Of a stretch of 64,000 nt of DNA, positions 60,501-64,000 are shown piece by piece. The stretch comes from a virus. The stretch is from positions 64,001 to 128,000 of the IMG/VR virus record IMGVR_UViG_3300027747_003534. The stretch is one strand, 5' to 3'. Made by a program: the position numbers and the translations under genes. How positions within the stretch are numbered: position 1 is the first letter of the stretch; every line of letters begins with the position of its first letter. The notes beneath the pieces were generated by a model that did not search any database, was not told the DNA's origin, and saw nothing but the letters and a program-made list of their open reading frames with translations.

Positions 60501-61235
60501 TCCACCATGAAAAATAACATTCCCGTTGATTGTTCCATAATTTTTACAACTATCCCAAAACTCACAATTTCCATTTATTATTGAAGGATTTAAATGATAT
60601 GATCTATTTCTAAATTTAACATCACTTTTTATTTGACATTTTTGAATATTACTGTATAGATAAATATCCAATTCGCTATCACTTTCTATGATAAAATCTT
60701 GAATTTGAGATTTTATTAATGTGCCAGCAGATAATTTTAGTTTGCTCCTTAAATCATCACTATAAGGAAAGTCTAGAGAAGGCAATCCTTCTAAAATACT
60801 ATCTTCAAAATATAAATTAAGACCATCTGATAAGAATAAGCAATCTTTTACAAGGCTAGATACTCCTGAAATTTTTTCTGCTATATCAAAAGCTATGCTA
60901 TGTACTTTAGAATCTGTAAGACTTAAACTATCAATAGTATACAAACTAAAGGGATTTTTTTCATCTATATAATTTGTTATGTTACATTTATTTAAGGATA
61001 CATTTTTTGCATTTAAAAATCCGACAATAAAATTTCCAGTTCCTGATGAAGTAGATAACGATAGATTTTCACATTTTAAATAAGATATTTTATCAATGCA
61101 ATTTATTGTTGCAAGATCTAGTGATAGATTATTGTCAACATATATATCATTGGTATTTTGCGGAATACTATTAGCGGGCTTAAGGTTTCCAGAATCATAA
61201 AACCAAGAGGCAGGATCACACCAGTCATTAGACAT
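57528..61235 (-). CDS. Large Asn/Gly-rich beta-solenoid repeat protein
   Basis: 1235 aa with dozens of imperfect ~15-20 aa repeats (A/G)xFxxxSxNxG. Confidence 0.7.
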   Translation of the reverse strand: MSNDWCDPASWFYDSGNLKPANSIPQNTNDIYVDNNLSLDLATINCIDKISYLKCENLSLSTSSGTGNFIVGFLNAKNVSLNKCNITNYIDEKNPFSLYTIDSLSLTDSKVHSIAFDIAEKISGVSSLVKDCLFLSDGLNLYFEDSILEGLPSLDFPYSDDLRSKLKLSAGTLIKSQIQDFIIESDSELDIYLYSNIQKCQIKSDVKFRNRSYHLNPSIINGNCEFWDSCKNYGTINGNVIFHGGAAINYGTVKKAIFDNGGDNYGTIEEAEFYGNGTNYGNVGKATFYNDSINLGNVGYAIFKGSGCYNEGKVYEQAIFFTSGSYNNGVAYNAIFNSGTFNDKGGIVLGSSCSLDGAENKGTINVENTITLNNSYVYVDSSSIISNSGNVVLKGSSGSSYIYAYKSILLDKSYIRGELSSPGLVTVKNNSHIAAVVWDVVFYDSSFADGSTIINIGNFYNDSYLISSSCRSGIFNDNSANYSTVRHGVFNNNSKNSGVGMVFDALFYNNSNNQASCTTGLFYNNSLNGHFGNGNYLTFYDNSINAGISSTRILFSGNSSNTGEINNGAMFTENSINNGRVNIAHLLDNAKNNGYIGSGYLNNKTINNGRIFSAFLRNESVNDKGFVSKGFFDDSSKNNGFVESGRFYGYSSNDTKGFVQYGLFYNESINKGKIIDGNFYDLSTNNSLFSPYHITFYDHSSNIGNININNNLKFDDKTFTVAIYSGQYPVFVGSNEQFLSDFFCNTDHFSPYCIFNYKIEFKDYSINRGNLRGYRDYIFNDNSKNFGQLFSYNIIPNHATIAYFSENSINCANIPKGKIIFSNGAINSGNISFGEFLNSSINYGNINSYSLPDTNIYSNFTPCYTIPNTNTLYFYNASINYGQILLSNGMTLNGEDHKIKAVFDYAINVGNIAGSAIFNHCINSGFVMKNSQFNDSINYGTIGGNGYFVSGINYGTIRGSGSFLSNSINYGKVINNSYLYNSKNISGIINGITYLYDNSINSGNLTNSGLFYNNSLNFGDIKGGAMFSDGSKNLAGVVGKQAIFKSQSYNYGLVIGSGYFNNSYNQGYIQGDATFTNASYNGMDDVSLSNYLDINNQASIDSIMSNDNLRNVGNGYVSKNVILESGGQNYGLIGGNVYNNMGYNCGYVLGTGSLVGIDYSTECTLNEREWEETYYPTRPVTVSRYFNINNDYYFFDDGYWRWVSPNKFEADRRATVDISYFNSKLESLQSGIPTA

Positions 61236-61237
61236 AA

Positions 61238-63013
61238 TTAGGTTCCTGTATTAAAATACCTAGCGCCCATATTAAACTTTTTATATGTATTAATCGGATA
61301 AAATGGTTTGTAGTCTAAGTATTGTCTGGGAAAACCACTAACTGTAGATAGTCCAAATAATAGACCGAATGCTCTCTGGTATTTGCCACACTCAAATGGA
61401 ACACAACTACCCTCATCTGTACATCCTTTATATTGTTCACTAATAGCAGGATCATTGCAAGGGGAGCTATTATCCACAAAGGTACTACTTAATAAAACAT
61501 TAGGAAAATTTGATGATATTGCACCAGCTGCAGCCATTAAACTAGCAATATCTGCTCCTGCTAATATTTTTCCTGAATCTAAGCTTAAGCCGCTATAAGG
61601 AAGCAAGCCCAAACCCTTATATATTGCATCAATACATTTTTTAGTTTTACACTTAATAAAACTTGGACTATGATTAAATACTGTTATGCTTTTTAGATGA
61701 TTCTCAGTAATTAAAAAAGATCCTTGAGGAATAGGGCCCCAATTTGGTGATCCTCCGCTATTCCAATTTCCCCAGCTATTAGCGACTAAATAAACACATT
61801 CTGGAAATTCAATTTTTGTATCATCATATCCAATAATCGCTAATGAATGATACCATATTCTATCAGGATATGACAAACCAGTAGAATCCCTAGTATTAGG
61901 AAAACCAACATTTGTCATAAGTAAAACACCATATCCATTATATAATAAATCTTTGACTCTACTAACTCTATTATCTCCATCTCCTCCAATTAAAGAAATC
62001 GTTTGACATCTATCTATTCCTCCAGACGGAGATTTAGGAATATCCTGATCATAATCATAATTATTTATGCCTTTAAAGTAATTTAAAAATATCTCATCTC
62101 TACAGCCATAGAAGGTTGATCCTGAATAATCAACAAAACTACCATATGCTCCATAATTTTTTCTTTTAATAATTCCAATATGTTTCAATATTTCGTCTCT
62201 AAATCCACTAGTAATGTTTCCGGCAAAATATAAATCATCAGTTGGTACTAAATATTTAAAATCAAATCTACTTGTTCTAGGGGCACCACAACATATTTCT
62301 AATTTATCTACACAAGTAGTAGCTGAACAACAAGGAGAAGTAGGTAGTAATGGATCGCATTCTACACAACTTCTGCATTTTGCTGAGGTTTCATCTGGTT
62401 TTTTTATGCATGAAAAAAATGCTCCAGCAGCTCCATACTGAGGATTATCTATACAATTAAAACTGATAGTATTCCCGTCGGTTGCAGTATATGAACAACC
62501 CGGAATCTGTAAGTTTTGAGCAGTACTTTCCGAAACCAAATCTGGACCAAGCATGAGTAAACAATCTGGTAACGAAGAACCACAAAAGTGTTGTAAATAC
62601 TCTGTAGCCATACGACTCTCCCAGCTACCATAGCTTTTAGTGCTTTCTATTTGGCAAGCTCTCGATATATCGCAAGCGTTCCTTATGGCATGAGCTGTTC
62701 CTCCATCAACCGTAGTTTGGATTTCTGTAAAAGCTTCAGCATCCATTCTGTTTAAAAATTTGAATGGTAATCCTAATTTCCCTGACCCTGTATTTTTGAT
62801 TCCACTAGCATTAACAGAAGGTTCAATATCTACAAAAGGGGCGCCTTCTAGACATGGATATTTTAAATGTCTCAAAAAACGGATAAGTCTGGGCAAATCA
62901 TAGGGAGTACCATATGCTGTTTTAGTTGGTATTCCCGAAGTTCCATTTATTATATAACTATCAAAACATATATTATTACTATATGAATAGTATAATTCCT
63001 GTGGAGACAACAT
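61238..63013 (-). CDS. Papain-like (C1) peptidase homolog, catalytic Cys replaced by Gly
   Basis: HSLAIIGYDD and ANSWG..W..G are present; QTTVDGGTAHA replaces QxxxGSCxAFA. Confidence 0.75.
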   Translation of the reverse strand: MLSPQELYYSYSNNICFDSYIINGTSGIPTKTAYGTPYDLPRLIRFLRHLKYPCLEGAPFVDIEPSVNASGIKNTGSGKLGLPFKFLNRMDAEAFTEIQTTVDGGTAHAIRNACDISRACQIESTKSYGSWESRMATEYLQHFCGSSLPDCLLMLGPDLVSESTAQNLQIPGCSYTATDGNTISFNCIDNPQYGAAGAFFSCIKKPDETSAKCRSCVECDPLLPTSPCCSATTCVDKLEICCGAPRTSRFDFKYLVPTDDLYFAGNITSGFRDEILKHIGIIKRKNYGAYGSFVDYSGSTFYGCRDEIFLNYFKGINNYDYDQDIPKSPSGGIDRCQTISLIGGDGDNRVSRVKDLLYNGYGVLLMTNVGFPNTRDSTGLSYPDRIWYHSLAIIGYDDTKIEFPECVYLVANSWGNWNSGGSPNWGPIPQGSFLITENHLKSITVFNHSPSFIKCKTKKCIDAIYKGLGLLPYSGLSLDSGKILAGADIASLMAAAGAISSNFPNVLLSSTFVDNSSPCNDPAISEQYKGCTDEGSCVPFECGKYQRAFGLLFGLSTVSGFPRQYLDYKPFYPINTYKKFNMGARYFNTGT

Positions 63014-63020
63014 ATTTTAT

Positions 63021-63269
63021 TTATTTTTCGGTAAGTTTATTGTATAAAATAATAGTTAATGAAGATCCAGTAATTCCTAAGAAAATTCCACTAGGCTCTA
63101 ATACAGTATTAAAACCAAGCATATAAGATAATGCTCCTCCACAGTATGAGCCAGCTACTCCTAAAATTATCGTTTTCCAAAATCCAAAATTTTCTTCACC
63201 CGGAATCAAACTTTTAGCTATTGAGCCAACTAACAAACCATAAACACACCACACTAATAAATTAAACAT
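63021..63269 (-). CDS. GlsB/YeaQ/YmgE-family (transglycosylase-associated) membrane protein
   Basis: GLLVGSIAKSLIPG...TIILGVAGSYCGG...GITGS, three TM helices. Confidence 0.85.
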   Translation of the reverse strand: MFNLLVWCVYGLLVGSIAKSLIPGEENFGFWKTIILGVAGSYCGGALSYMLGFNTVLEPSGIFLGITGSSLTIILYNKLTEK

Positions 63270-63660
63270 TTGCCGCCTCCACTAAAGTTTTAACGTCATC
63301 ATCCGTGAGAGTTTCTCCTGTTTCTAATAAAGCATTCAAAATACTTAATGAATACTTATTATAATCTTCTTTTTTCATTTCTCTACGAAGAATTTTTTTA
63401 ATTCTCATCTTAGTAAACCAACCTTTGCGCTCACTAAAAGTATGAAGTTGTTCGCCATACATTGAATATTTATCTTCTGCTGTAGACTGAGATGTTAATT
63501 TATTTTTATTGCATTCTTGTAATATTCTCACACAAGTTAATATAATACTAATTATCATTAAAATAGTCACGATAGCAAATCCATACATATTATCTTTAGA
63601 TATAGTAGATTTTTCTAAAATTTTAATAGCTATAGCTTTGAGTTTTTCATTATCGGCCAT
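63262..63660 (-). CDS. Hypothetical single-TM protein
   Basis: AGGAGA RBS precedes ATG 63660 (MADNEK); TM helix FAIVTILMIISIILT. Confidence 0.65.
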   Translation of the reverse strand: MADNEKLKAIAIKILEKSTISKDNMYGFAIVTILMIISIILTCVRILQECNKNKLTSQSTAEDKYSMYGEQLHTFSERKGWFTKMRIKKILRREMKKEDYNKYSLSILNALLETGETLTDDDVKTLVEAANV

Positions 63661-63665
63661 AGTAT

Positions 63666-63998
63666 TTATCTCCTTGATGTTTTGATTGGACATTGGCCAT
63701 CTGGACAATTTATTGGAGCAGTTTGGATTTTGGGGATTACTGGAGTGATTGATTTAATCGGCCCTACCGACACAGACCCTTTGTCTGCTTCACAATATGT
63801 GCAATCAATTTTTAATATACCATCACCACTCATATACCAGCCTTTACCCTTGCAAACGGGACAGTCTTTTCTTTTATACTTTTGGGTAGCTTGCTGTACA
63901 TGCTTTGCTTTAATAATGCCACCAGCAAGAGTTACAGGAGCCGTTGTTGAGCCATAGTAGTGAGACTGAGTAAACAGCAGGCCAACACAAAATAAACC
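63666..63998 (-). CDS. 5'-partial exported/membrane protein with DnaJ-like CxxCxGxG zinc finger (absent from the ORF track)
   Basis: Minus-strand open frame from the window edge reads GLFCVGLLF...KRKDCPVCKGKGWYMSGDG..IDCTYC...CPDGQCPIKTSRR*. Confidence 0.7.
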   Translation of the reverse strand, partial: GLFCVGLLFTQSHYYGSTTAPVTLAGGIIKAKHVQQATQKYKRKDCPVCKGKGWYMSGDGILKIDCTYCEADKGSVSVGPIKSITPVIPKIQTAPINCPDGQCPIKTSRR

Positions 63999-64000
63999 AA

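Noticed and set aside
57528-61235. Diversity-generating retroelement target or template
   Set aside because: AAT-rich, but I saw no reverse transcriptase and no near-identical TR/VR pair differing at adenines.
11-63957. Short ORFs antisense to or nested in long genes (e.g. 11..352, 3422..3781, 36444..36902, 38248..38640, 63682..63957)
   Set aside because: Shadow frames of well-supported genes, with no motifs or RBS.
1-64000. Alternative genetic code (stop-codon reassignment)
   Set aside because: Long ORFs and tight packing under the standard code; TAA, TAG and TGA all end genes at sensible boundaries.

Overview
AT-rich, densely coding segment of a large dsDNA tailed bacteriophage genome, probably jumbo-class. 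A Planctomycetota-like host is a weak inference from accessory proteins. The + strand (1-27573) is a virion tail module. It holds the 3' part of a very large tape-measure-like protein, which carries five copies of a YQPRGTDTVPAMLTPGEFVVN module plus embedded EF-hand and protein-kinase-like cargo domains. A fibre/adhesin, two paralogous hub/baseplate-like proteins and giant Cys-rich proteins follow. The - strand (27570-64000) holds replication, recombination and nucleotide-metabolism genes: SSB, an intein-less DnaE split into two genes around a DEDDh exonuclease, a Cas4-like nuclease, dNMP kinase, primase, DnaB, RecA, PhoH, dUTPase, NrdA, a frameshifted NrdB and dCMP deaminase. It also holds two glycosyltransferase cassettes (one largely of degenerate enzymes), a beta-solenoid repeat protein and a papain-fold protein lacking its catalytic Cys. 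I saw no tRNA, CRISPR array or integrase. All family calls come from visual motif recognition; no database searches were run.
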